Part shown: piece by piece, positions 24,643 through 33,014 of the stretch | Position numbering within the stretch: position 1 is the first letter of the stretch | Layout: every line of letters starts with the position of its first letter | Assembly: GCA_028874675.1 (NCBI GenBank) | Contig: JAPPJA010000422.1 | Location: 1 to 38,800, forward strand | Direction of reading: 5' to 3' | Length of the DNA stretch: 38,800 nucleotides | Origin: Chloroflexota bacterium | GTDB lineage: Bacteria > Chloroflexota > Dehalococcoidia > Lucifugimonadales > UBA3495 | The notes under the pieces: model-generated | Told to the model about the DNA's origin: nothing | The model's database searches: none | What the model saw: the letters and a program-made list of their open reading frames with translations, nothing else | Program-made: the position numbers and the translations under genes

Positions 24643-25410
24643 ATGGAAGCGGGGACCTCAAATTCACGGGGACCTGATGTCACTACACTGGTGGCGGGCC
24701 TGAGCCTTTTCCTGCTTGTCGTGGTGTTCACCATATCAACCCTTTGCGCCTCACCGTCCCCGGTAGCCGGCATTGCCCCGTCTGATCCACAGGCAACCGG
24801 AACCGGGCAAGCCGAGACTCATCAGTACTCGGTTAGTTCCTCTCTGTTCCCCCCGGCGGTGGTGGCGCCGGAACATGACAGTACCGACAGCGGCCTGCCC
24901 GCAGACCTCCGGGTAATTTCCTTCTCGCTGGCGGGACTGGCCTCGTCGGAACCGCGCTTCAATGGTCTGATCCCAGCCTTGTCCACCGTAACGGACCGGC
25001 CCGATCCCTCCACGCCGGTGAGGCCGCCGGTTCCCGCCCTGGAGGATGCCTCCCTGGCGTCATTGACTGTCGTCAAGGACGGGATCGGGGCTGTGCTGGC
25101 GCCGGGGTTCGACCCGGATGTAACCCACTACGGACTTACGGTCAATGCTGCCGCCGTCAACGTGGTCGCCGAGACGACGGTAGCCGGCGCACGCATTGTT
25201 TCCACCACCATCGGCGATGAAACCACTGCCCAGGACCCGCCCGGCAACCGGCTTTCCGCCGACGTTTCCGTGGCCGAAGGCGAAGTCACCCGGTTTTCCG
25301 TTACCGTTCAAGCCCGGGACGGTGTGACAACCCGCACCTACCACCTCGACCTGTCCCGGCCTGGGCCGGTATCTGTCCCCGGCAATGCCGCCCGCTTCGG
25401 CTTTGGCTGA
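24643..25410 (+). CDS. Membrane-anchored or secreted hypothetical protein with a probable cadherin-like beta-sandwich domain
   Basis: 255 aa. GGGAG lies 9 nt before the ATG. One N-terminal TM/signal anchor. The C-terminal segment LTVVKDGIGAVLAPGFDPDVTHYGLTV...TRTYHLDLSR resembles the L..L.v..g.L.P.F.p....Y pattern of that domain. Confidence 0.6.
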   Translation: MEAGTSNSRGPDVTTLVAGLSLFLLVVVFTISTLCASPSPVAGIAPSDPQATGTGQAETHQYSVSSSLFPPAVVAPEHDSTDSGLPADLRVISFSLAGLASSEPRFNGLIPALSTVTDRPDPSTPVRPPVPALEDASLASLTVVKDGIGAVLAPGFDPDVTHYGLTVNAAAVNVVAETTVAGARIVSTTIGDETTAQDPPGNRLSADVSVAEGEVTRFSVTVQARDGVTTRTYHLDLSRPGPVSVPGNAARFGFG

Positions 25411-25723
25411 CAGGCGGGCAGTCTCTGCCGCCCTGGGCCGTCCAGCCGTGCGTAGCCGCCGCTCCCGCCGCTCCCGGGACAGATATCAACCGGCGCCTCG
25501 ACCGGGTTCCTCCCCCTGTCATTCCTGCGGTCAGCGGAAGACCGGCAGCTGTGTACCCGATGGTCCTCTGTGCAATCCCGGCAAAAGCCAGGCTGCGTGA
25601 AGCCCTGTGGGCAACTGCATACACTTTGGAGTTTTCCTTGCTGAAACCTTGATGCCGGCGAAAGACGGTTCCGCGGGGCCAGCCTCGTCCGCCCTTGCCC
25701 GACTTCGCCCGTGGGCTGCTCTT

Positions 25724-25752
25724 TTACCATTGCCGCTGACCCGTTGTATAAT
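25724..25752 (+). promoter_or_regulatory. Candidate promoter of the DtxR-family gene (TTACCA-17-TATAAT)
   Basis: TTACCA at 25724-25729 and TATAAT at 25747-25752. About 80-nt leader, GAGGT RBS. Confidence 0.45.
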
Positions 25753-25837
25753 CCATACATTCCAAGCTATCCGCCGGATTAAGTGACGTTATAGCCTGCG
25801 GGAATTGAGCCGCCACTCCCTTTAACGAGGTATCGCC

Positions 25838-26605
25838 ATGCCCAGGGCCAGGAAGCCGCGGGAACGCGCCGAAGCAGCGCTCGAAGAAGAAGATGGCCTG
25901 GAACGCTTTTCCGCGGTTACGGAAAACTACCTGCTCTGCCTTTATCGGCTGTGGGAAGACGCCGTCACGCCAACGGTGACCCAGCTTACCGACGCCATCA
26001 AGCAGCTTCCTCCTACCGAAGGCCTGGGCTCCTCGGTACCTTCCGTGGCCGGCATGACTCGCCGGATGCAGAAGCAGGGCCTGGTGGACATCGGGTCGGA
26101 CAAGCGTATCCGCCTGACCGGGAAGGGCTTCGAGGGCGGCGAGGATATTGCCCGCCGTCACCGGCTGGCCGAATGGCTGGTGGTGCGCCTGCTGGGCATG
26201 GACCTGGAGTCCGCCCACATTGAGGCGCACCGCCTGGAGCACGGCATTTCCGGGGAACTGGAGGCCAGGCTGAGGGAAAGGCTGGGCTACCCCGAAAAGT
26301 CGCCCTTTGGTCGCCCCATCCCCGGCGCCGGAGCTCCGGCCCTTCCGCCCAACTGCATCACCCTGGACGCCGCCTTGCAGAACACCGAATACGTGGTGGA
26401 ACGCATTCCCGAAGAAGACCCCAACCTGTTGCGGTTTCTGGACGGCGCGCAGATTGTGCCGGAGAGCAGGGTGAGTGTGGCGGAGGCCACGCCCTTCCTG
26501 GGGGTAATGACGGTGGCCACGCCCACGGACCAGGTGTCCATGGGCTTCAACGTGGCGGGACAGATCCTGGTGCGGCCCGCCGAAGCGGATGTAGAGCCGG
26601 CCTGA
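25838..26605 (+). CDS. DtxR/IdeR/MntR-family metal-dependent transcriptional repressor with C-terminal FeoA/SH3-like domain
   Basis: ENYLLCLYRL winged-HTH N-terminus. RRHRLAEWLVVRLLGMDLESAHIEAHRLEH is the metal-binding/dimerisation helix region. The C-terminal beta-rich domain contains EYVVERIPEED. Confidence 0.85.
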   Translation: MPRARKPRERAEAALEEEDGLERFSAVTENYLLCLYRLWEDAVTPTVTQLTDAIKQLPPTEGLGSSVPSVAGMTRRMQKQGLVDIGSDKRIRLTGKGFEGGEDIARRHRLAEWLVVRLLGMDLESAHIEAHRLEHGISGELEARLRERLGYPEKSPFGRPIPGAGAPALPPNCITLDAALQNTEYVVERIPEEDPNLLRFLDGAQIVPESRVSVAEATPFLGVMTVATPTDQVSMGFNVAGQILVRPAEADVEPA

Positions 26606-26635
26606 CGGCCGTCAGCCGGCTGGCCCGCCCGGGTT

Positions 26636-27004
26636 TTAGCGGCCGAAGAGGCCCTTGAGGAAATTCAACAGGCCCCCGCTGGACGACACCCCCAGCAAAC
26701 TCTGCAGCGCCCGCCGCTCCTGCCCCGGTTTGGGGACTATGTTGTGCTTGTCCAGGTCAAAGCGGGGTATGGATACCGAAGGTGGCGCCTCCTGCCACAG
26801 GTTCCAGTCAATTTCCCCCGCCGCTGCGCCAGGACTTACCACGAAGTAGGTGATGCCCGCCTGCCGGTTCAGGTGAAGGCCGGAGTACCGCCGGCCGTCT
26901 TTGCCCCGCAATATCCGGCTTGAGTTGTCCTGCCGTGGTCCCGATTGGTCTGTGTCGATTCCCAGGTCTCCGAGGATTCGCAGGTAGTCGGTTGCTGCTG
27001 CCAT
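26636..27004 (-). CDS. Hypothetical protein
   Basis: 122-aa ORF with an ATG start and non-shadow-like composition. No recognisable domain. Its first 136 nt overlap another open frame (see findings). Confidence 0.4.
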   Translation of the reverse strand: MAAATDYLRILGDLGIDTDQSGPRQDNSSRILRGKDGRRYSGLHLNRQAGITYFVVSPGAAAGEIDWNLWQEAPPSVSIPRFDLDKHNIVPKPGQERRALQSLLGVSSSGGLLNFLKGLFGR

Positions 27005-27483
27005 AACTCACTCCCCAATGACGCGCAGATTAGCCGGTTATACCACTCGGATTGATCATCGCCAGGATACAGGGCTTCCAGCTTCCGGACAGTGCCGTCC
27101 ACAATAGATTCAAGGGTAGCTGGCAGTGCAACTGCTTTGAAGTGATGGACTGGGCATTGACCGTTGCTCATACCGACGCCGGAATCCGGGCCCCTTTGTA
27201 CTATTGGCAGCTGGCCTCTCGCGTAACCGTTCAGAGTTGAGGGAATTGCCTTCCCATACACCCGTCATACCCCCGACTTCGCAGGGGGGCATGGCCATGC
27301 GCCCCTACCCAACCCACGACCTGAACAGGTTCCAGGTTCCCGCCTGCGCGGGAACGACGGGTTTGCCAGCCTTTTAACACACCAACTCTGAACTCTAACC
27401 CTCTCGCAACCTTCCTGGACTCCGCCTCAAGGGCGGAATGACGATTCGGGCGGAACGCTTAACGTTACTATTCTGTTGAGCCG

Positions 27484-28053
27484 CTAGCCTCCCGCCATCA
27501 GTGTTTCCCGTACCTCGGCCCAGCCTTCGGCCATTCGGCGTTCGGGGAAGGGAGCCAATTCCTCGTCCCGCAGCACCTTCACCACCACAAACACCGGGCC
27601 GGTTTCCTTCATCACCTCTTCCAACCCGATGAACAGTTCCTCCGGGTTTTCGAACCGGTAGGTGCGGGTGTAGCCGGCCCCCTCGGCCATGGAGGCGAAG
27701 TTCACGTTGTCCAGGCCCTCCACCGGAATTCCGTCGGTGGAAAGGTGGGTGGCGTCGTCAAATACGAAGTGGACCAGGTTTTCCGGCCGCGACTCGCCGA
27801 TGGTCGCCAGGGACCCCAGGTCCGTGCGCAGGGTGGCGTCGCAGTCCAGCACCAGCACCTTGCGTTCCGGCTGGGCCAGTGACAGACCCAGGCCCACCGC
27901 CGGGGCCCGGTCCATGCAGTCCGTCAGGTCAATATCCAGTTCCCGCCGTTCCGAAACCTGGTTCCAGTCCCGCAGCGCCGCCGAGGTCGATACCACCAGC
28001 GCGTCCTGCCGGTGGAAACTAATCGCCCTTGCCGCTTCCTTCGAGGGAATCAC
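27484..28053 (-). CDS. ThDP-enzyme C-terminal (PP-binding) domain paralogue with a divergent cofactor motif
   Basis: 189 aa. GTG 28053 lies 8 nt after GGAGGA. It aligns with the neighbouring beta subunit, but GAMG is replaced by DCMD, LDGDGS by LDCDAT, and FNN by FDD. Confidence 0.7.
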   Translation of the reverse strand: MIPSKEAARAISFHRQDALVVSTSAALRDWNQVSERRELDIDLTDCMDRAPAVGLGLSLAQPERKVLVLDCDATLRTDLGSLATIGESRPENLVHFVFDDATHLSTDGIPVEGLDNVNFASMAEGAGYTRTYRFENPEELFIGLEEVMKETGPVFVVVKVLRDEELAPFPERRMAEGWAEVRETLMAGG

Positions 28054-28291
28054 CGGTCGTCTCCTCCAGTTCCTTTTCCCGCTGCGCCGCCGCCCGGGCG
28101 GCCAGGCGTCTGGTGGTGGCCATCAGGTACAGGCCCGCCAGGATGAGCGCGCTGCCCGATATTACGCCCAGGGCCAGCAGCAGCAGGTTGTCTTCCCGCA
28201 GCAGCCCCTGGTACAGCACCCAGAAGCCCAGGGCAAAAACGCCCAGGCTGATCAGCCGCCCCAGCAGGCTCCTGCTCAAGTCCTTAAACAA
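28019..28291 (-). CDS. Small two-TM membrane protein (hypothetical)
   Basis: 90 aa, TTG start. Two clear hydrophobic helices (LISLGVFALGFWVLY and LLLALGVISGSALILAGLYLMA) and a charged tail. The 3' end overlaps the RBS and start of the next gene by 35 nt. Confidence 0.35.
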   Translation of the reverse strand: MFKDLSRSLLGRLISLGVFALGFWVLYQGLLREDNLLLLALGVISGSALILAGLYLMATTRRLAARAAAQREKELEETTGDSLEGSGKGD

Positions 28292-28427
28292 ACGCTACAA
28301 CCCTTTCCAAACCCTGGCGGCCGCCCATTGCCGCGGCCATGTGGGTCCAATATACAAACAAAGCGGGGCGGCCAGCAAGGGGCCGCCCCGCCAAATGTTG
28401 CTTCCGGAAAGGAGGTACTGCCCGACC

Positions 28428-29024
28428 TTAGTCGGAGCCGACACCCAGGGCCGCCGGTACTTCGTCAAAGGCCATCTTGACCGTGCGGGGAGAACGCTGG
28501 CGGAACTGCACCGGCGTGTTCTCAATCTGCGGCTCAATGGACAGGTGAATGAACACGGGGCCGGAGGCGGCCAGAGCCTCGTCAATGCCGGTGGTGAAGT
28601 CTTCCAGGTTGTCGTAGGAAAAGACGGCGGCATATCCCGCTGCCTTGGCCATTCCTTCCCAGTCCTGGCACTCGGAGCCCGGAATGGGCTGCCCGCCAGT
28701 AACGGCATAGACCTTGTTGTTGAACAGGAAGTGGTAGAAGTTGGTGGGGGCCTTGTTGGCCGAGGTTACCATGGCGCCCAGGTTCATCAGAAGGCTGCCG
28801 TCCCCGTCCAGCACCATAACCTTGCGGTCGGGCTGGGCCAGCGCGATTCCCAGGCCCAGGTTGGAGGCCTTGCCCATGGCGCCGGAAAGGGGCAGGTCCA
28901 GGTCCTGGTTGCTGGTAACGCTGGGCAGTCCGAAGCCCACGTTATTGGCGTTCATTGTAGGTACAATAACCGAATCGGTCCGCTTGCTGTCGATAAGCTT
29001 TACGGCGTCGGTGTTGTTAATCAT
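28428..29024 (-). CDS. ThDP-dependent decarboxylase beta subunit (sulfopyruvate/phosphonopyruvate decarboxylase ComE-like)
   Basis: 198 aa. Canonical SGAMG...LDGDGS-x25-NN ThDP/Mg motif. Lies 24 nt downstream of the alpha-subunit gene. Confidence 0.8.
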   Translation of the reverse strand: MINNTDAVKLIDSKRTDSVIVPTMNANNVGFGLPSVTSNQDLDLPLSGAMGKASNLGLGIALAQPDRKVMVLDGDGSLLMNLGAMVTSANKAPTNFYHFLFNNKVYAVTGGQPIPGSECQDWEGMAKAAGYAAVFSYDNLEDFTTGIDEALAASGPVFIHLSIEPQIENTPVQFRQRSPRTVKMAFDEVPAALGVGSD

Positions 29025-29048
29025 GCTCTCTATCTCCTCAGTAACGGG

Positions 29049-29555
29049 CTAGACGCCGAATTCGGTGCCTACCAGGACACCGACGGGCTTCTGGGTGCGC
29101 TCCGCCTCTTCGCAGGCAATGCTGATGCGGTCGGCGTCGTCATCGGTTTCAATCAGGTAGCAGTTGATGCCCCAGGTGTGCAGTATGGGCTCGATATAGC
29201 GGGCTGCCGAATCGGGCGTGGGGCCCCGGCGTGTCCAGCCCCGGTAGCCGATGAGCATCACCAGCGGCTGGTTAATGTCCAGGCCCAGCCCCCGGATGGA
29301 GTCGCCGGACTCGAAAATGCCCGTGTTCTGGATCAGGACTACGGGCTTCTTGCCGCCCACCCACAGACCGGCGGCGATGGCCATGGTCTCTCCCTCGCGG
29401 CACACGGGCACCAGGTCCAGCGAGTCCTCGTCGTTCAAGAGCTGGTACATGAAATTGGTCTCGCTGTCCGGCAGCCAGACCACGTGGGTAATGTTGTTCT
29501 TCTTCAACTCGGCAATGATTGCCGGTGGGTGCAACACTGAATCGTAGGTTGTCAT
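29049..29555 (-). CDS. ThDP-dependent decarboxylase alpha subunit (pyrimidine-binding domain, ComD-like)
   Basis: 168 aa. VWLPDSE...VPVCREGETMAIAAG, containing the catalytic Glu context of the ThDP N-terminal domain. Confidence 0.8.
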   Translation of the reverse strand: MTTYDSVLHPPAIIAELKKNNITHVVWLPDSETNFMYQLLNDEDSLDLVPVCREGETMAIAAGLWVGGKKPVVLIQNTGIFESGDSIRGLGLDINQPLVMLIGYRGWTRRGPTPDSAARYIEPILHTWGINCYLIETDDDADRISIACEEAERTQKPVGVLVGTEFGV

Positions 29556-29834
29556 TAACTCTCCTCACGGGACCGAATTTGGCTTCAAATCTGCCCCATT
29601 ATATTAAGGGGCCCATAGGTAGTCAATAAACGGACTGCCCGCCCCGTCGCCTTGGTATGCCGGGGCCGTACGCCCCCCTTCGTTCCTGCGTTTGGTTGCC
29701 GAATAACGGCCCAAACGCTATTATTGTTGCCGTAGCTAAAAGCAACTGCAGCGCGGGTACGGGCGGCCCAAGGGGCGGCGCAATCCGACCGGAGCTCTGC
29801 CGGAAACCGCTGCCTGGAGCATAGTTCGCAACCG

Positions 29835-30491
29835 ATGTATATTGACCTGCACAGCCATTCCGTTTCCTCTGACGATTCCCGGGCCACTGTTGAGCAGTAC
29901 GTAAAATGGGTCCAGGTTCTCCGGGACAAGCGGGGCTGCACCATTGACGGCTTCGTGCTCACCGAGCACCGCAAGTTCGACTTTGACAAGGACTATTCCC
30001 AGCTGGCGGCCGAATACAACGTCCTCATAATGAAAGCGTCGGAACTCGATACCCGCTGCGGCCACGTCCTGGTGTACGGCGTTAACGAAGGCCTGGCCAA
30101 GGACATTGACCTGGGCGACGTGAAAATGGACGCGCGGGAGCTGATAAAGGCCGCCCGCCACCACGGGGCCATCGCCGTTCCCGCCCACCCGGGCCGCTTC
30201 GGCATCGGCCTGGTGGATTACATGGACCAGGGCGAGACCTTCGCCGACCTCAACATAGTGGAGCGGCTGAACGGCGGCAGCCGGGCCGGTGAGAATGAAC
30301 GCGCCGACACCCTGTGCCGGGATCACAGCTACCTGGGCACCGGCGGCAGCGACGCTCACCTGGCCAGCCACCTGGGGACCTGTATGACCTCCTTCCCAAC
30401 CGACATCAAGAACGAGCGCCAGCTGGTGGATGCCCTGCTGGCCGGCGACTTTACCCCCGTGTGGCTGAAGGATATCCAGCAGAATAACTGA
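29835..30491 (+). CDS. PHP-domain metal-dependent phosphoesterase
   Basis: MYIDLHSHS, TEH, PAHP and GGSDAH motifs in the PHP order. 218 aa. Confidence 0.8.
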   Translation: MYIDLHSHSVSSDDSRATVEQYVKWVQVLRDKRGCTIDGFVLTEHRKFDFDKDYSQLAAEYNVLIMKASELDTRCGHVLVYGVNEGLAKDIDLGDVKMDARELIKAARHHGAIAVPAHPGRFGIGLVDYMDQGETFADLNIVERLNGGSRAGENERADTLCRDHSYLGTGGSDAHLASHLGTCMTSFPTDIKNERQLVDALLAGDFTPVWLKDIQQNN

Positions 30492-30570
30492 TCCGCGAAT
30501 CCATACTGATCATCACAATTACCTGCCAATGGCAACGATCATTAATGATAATTTCTGACGATTCGTGGAT
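30491..30570. repeat. CACGAA-type inverted-repeat element, degenerate copy B
   Basis: atccgcgaatc (30491-30501) versus the reverse complement of gattcgtggat (30560-30570), which is atccacgaatc. The interior holds the palindromes ttgcc-aat-ggcaa and atcattaatgat (30538-30549). The element starts on the last base of the PHP stop codon. Confidence 0.5.
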
Positions 30571-30591
30571 AAGACAGAGGAGCTTCCCTCA

Positions 30592-31041
30592 ATGACGATG
30601 GAACTGGAATACAACCGGGACCTGTACGGCGTCGAACACGAGGCCGGTCCCTTCGAAATTACCCCCGAACTGATCCAGACCTTCAACCGCAGCATCGGCG
30701 AGACCAACGCCATGTTCACCGACCACGCCACGGCCCAGGCGGCAGGGTACTCCGGCGTTCTGGCGCCGCCCACCCTGGTCACCATGCTGGTACGGAACGT
30801 GGAGCTTCCTGACATTGAACTGAATTTCGGTGTCATGCGCTTCCACGCCGGGCAGCGGGTCCAGTCCCGCGCTCCCATCGTGGCTGGCGACAGCCTGATG
30901 GCCTCCTCTCACTTGAAGGAGGTGTACCCCAAGACCGGCCGCAGCGGCACCATGGTTTTCACCGTCTGGGAGACCACCTTCACCAACCAGGACGGCCTGG
31001 TCGTGGCCGACGTCCAGGAATCCTACGCGTCCCGGGAGTAA
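30592..31041 (+). CDS. MaoC-like dehydratase, N-terminal-type hotdog subunit (HadA/UPF0336-like)
   Basis: ATG 30592 lies after GAGGAG; the track ORF starts at GTG 30565, inside the repeat. Single hotdog fold of about 150 aa, 7 nt upstream of the partner gene. Confidence 0.75.
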   Translation: MTMELEYNRDLYGVEHEAGPFEITPELIQTFNRSIGETNAMFTDHATAQAAGYSGVLAPPTLVTMLVRNVELPDIELNFGVMRFHAGQRVQSRAPIVAGDSLMASSHLKEVYPKTGRSGTMVFTVWETTFTNQDGLVVADVQESYASRE

Positions 31042-31048
31042 ACCACCC

Positions 31049-31492
31049 ATGCCTGACCAGAATGGACCCTTCTTTGAAGATGTTGACCTGGGCGATGAAA
31101 TCGGCCCGATAGAGTTGGTGGCCACTGACGATAATGTCGTCAATTTCTGCGAACTGTGGGGCAACCCCATGCCCAACCGCTTTACCAGCCAGGAAATAGC
31201 CGAAAAGTCCGGCCTCTTCGGCCCCATAGTCCCCGGCGTTATGAGCATGGCCATCATGAGCCAGGCCCTCACCGACTGGGCGGGGCCCGAGTCCCTGAAG
31301 GACCTGGACCTGGTGTTCCGCCAGCCCGTCCCCCATAACAAGCCCCTGCTCGTATCCGCCACCATTACCGACACCAGGGAAGAGGACGGGAAAAACTTGA
31401 TCGAGTGCGATGTGCTGATGATGGGCGAAGCAGGCGAGCGGTACGTAGGCGGAACGGCCATAATTGCCCTGCCCAGCAACAGGGGCCAATGA
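31049..31492 (+). CDS. MaoC family (R)-specific enoyl-CoA hydratase/dehydratase subunit
   Basis: 147 aa. The hotdog fold with GPIVPGVMSMAIMSQAL is typical of MaoC_dehydratase. Confidence 0.8.
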   Translation: MPDQNGPFFEDVDLGDEIGPIELVATDDNVVNFCELWGNPMPNRFTSQEIAEKSGLFGPIVPGVMSMAIMSQALTDWAGPESLKDLDLVFRQPVPHNKPLLVSATITDTREEDGKNLIECDVLMMGEAGERYVGGTAIIALPSNRGQ

Positions 31493-31771
31493 ACCTCCCA
31501 TCCTCCAGGGCGCCATCGGTGCCTTGAAGAGAAAAAAGGCTAAGCTGGTCTGGACAGGTTTGGCCGTGGTCAGCGTGGCGGGAGCCGCCACCACTGTCGA
31601 GGGAGCCATCAGGGGGTCGGGCCCAGTAGCCGTTGCCGGTGTCGCGATGGCATTTGCGGTCCCGGCGGCATGGATTCTATGCGTAATGACCGACATTTTC
31701 CTTTCGTTACAGGACCGACTGAGGCTACAGCCAAGAGTTAATCGAAACCGCTAATAGACCGAGGTAAGAAA

Positions 31772-32620
31772 ATGTACGACCTTACCGGCAAAGTAGCTCT
31801 GGTAACCGGAGCCGGCGGCCGTAACGGCATCGGCCGCGCCATCGCCACCCGCCTCGCCCGCGAGGGCGCCGACGTGGTGGTAACCGACATCCCTGAATCC
31901 GTAACAGCCATCCGCGCCGAGGACCGGGCCGAAGGCTGGGAAGGCTTGCCCAGCGTGGTCCAGGAAATCGAGGCCGAAGGTCGCCAGGCCCTGGGCATCT
32001 TTTCCGACGTTTCCGACAGCGGCCAGGTGGACGACATGGTCAGGCAGGTCCTGGACCGCTTCGGCAAGATAGACATCCTGGTCAACAACGCCGGTTCCCG
32101 CCCCGGCAGGGACCGGGTACTGGTGGTGGACCTGGAGGAGGATGCCTTCGACGAGGTGATGCGGGTCAACGTCCGCGGCACCTACCTGTGTTCCCGCGCC
32201 GTGTCCCGCCACATGGTGGCCCGGGGCGGCGGCGGCAAGATAATCATCATCTCATCGGGCGCCGGCAAACGGGGTATTGCCCGCTACGCCGTTTATTGCG
32301 CTTCCAAGTTTGCCCTGGTGGGCTTCACCCAGGCCCTGGCCCAGGAGATGGCGGCCCACAGGGTCAATGTCAACGCCATCTGCCCCGGCCTGGTGGATAC
32401 CGAGCGCGTGGACTTCATCGCCGCCGCCCTGGCCGCCGAGGGCGAGTCGGCCGAAGAACACCGGGCCCTGATGGTGCAGGAACGCTCCACCCGGGTGCCC
32501 ATGGGCCGCATAGCCCAGGGCGGCGATATTGCCAACATGGCCGCCTTCCTGGCCTCCGCCGAGTCCGACTATATGACCGGCCTCTCCATCAGCGTCTCCG
32601 GCGGCTCGGAGATGAACTGA
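31772..32620 (+). CDS. SDR family oxidoreductase (FabG-like)
   Basis: TGAGGRNGIGRAIA cofactor motif, NNAG, catalytic YCASK, PG.V.T. Confidence 0.88.
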   Translation: MYDLTGKVALVTGAGGRNGIGRAIATRLAREGADVVVTDIPESVTAIRAEDRAEGWEGLPSVVQEIEAEGRQALGIFSDVSDSGQVDDMVRQVLDRFGKIDILVNNAGSRPGRDRVLVVDLEEDAFDEVMRVNVRGTYLCSRAVSRHMVARGGGGKIIIISSGAGKRGIARYAVYCASKFALVGFTQALAQEMAAHRVNVNAICPGLVDTERVDFIAAALAAEGESAEEHRALMVQERSTRVPMGRIAQGGDIANMAAFLASAESDYMTGLSISVSGGSEMN

Positions 32621-32626
32621 CTGTTA

Positions 32627-32703
32627 ATCCACGAATGGGCACGAATAATCACTAATGGATATCATCAGATCAAATTCGTGGCTATTCGTGCTCATTCGTG
32701 GAT
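32627..32703. repeat. CACGAA-type inverted-repeat element, copy C
   Basis: Left arm atccacgaatgggcacgaataatcactaat (32627-32656). The reverse complement of the right arm (32674-32703) is atccacgaatgagcacgaatagccacgaat. 17-nt loop. Starts 6 nt after the SDR stop and ends 14 nt before gatC. Confidence 0.8.
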
Positions 32704-32717
32704 AGGAAGGAAAAACC

Positions 32718-33008
32718 ATGCCCCTTGACCGCGCCGACGTTGAACACATAGCTGCCCTGGCCCGCATCGGCCTGTCCGACGAGGAAATAGCCACCTTCCA
32801 GGAGCAGTTGTCCAACATCCTCGACCAGTTTGAGCTGCTGAAGCAGTTGGACACCAGCGCGGTGGAGCCCACCGGCCACGCCGTGGAAGTAAGCTCTGTT
32901 ATGCGGGAAGACGTCCCCGACGAACCCCTGGATCCCGAGGACACCCTGCTGAACGCCCCGCGCCGCGAGGGCGACCTGTTCCGCGTAAAGGCCGTGCTGG
33001 AGGAGTAA
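32718..33008 (+). CDS. gatC: Asp-tRNA(Asn)/Glu-tRNA(Gln) amidotransferase subunit C
   Basis: 96 aa. VEHIAALARIGLSDEEI..F..QL..IL..F..L..LDT..VEPT pattern. Immediately upstream of gatA. Confidence 0.9.
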   Translation: MPLDRADVEHIAALARIGLSDEEIATFQEQLSNILDQFELLKQLDTSAVEPTGHAVEVSSVMREDVPDEPLDPEDTLLNAPRREGDLFRVKAVLEE

Positions 33009-33014
33009 CGCCCC

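Noticed and set aside
26869-27261. 130-aa minus-strand ORF overlapping the start of the 26636-27004 ORF.
   Set aside because: Not listed as a feature because the long overlap means at most one interpretation is right. Recorded under findings instead.
27336-27437. Two related hairpins (gttcccgc-ctgc-gcgggaac at 27336-27355 and tccgcc-tcaag-ggcgga at 27421-27437) that superficially resemble CRISPR repeats.
   Set aside because: There are only two copies, they are not identical, their spacing (~85 nt) is irregular, and no cas genes are present. This is not a CRISPR array, and more likely local transcript-end structure.
31464-31754. 96-aa ORF (TTG start) with two hydrophobic segments between the MaoC and SDR genes.
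   Set aside because: It has a non-ATG start that overlaps the MaoC gene by 29 nt, no clear RBS, and Ala/Val/Gly-rich composition that high-GC DNA produces easily. Possible small membrane protein, but not supportable from sequence alone.
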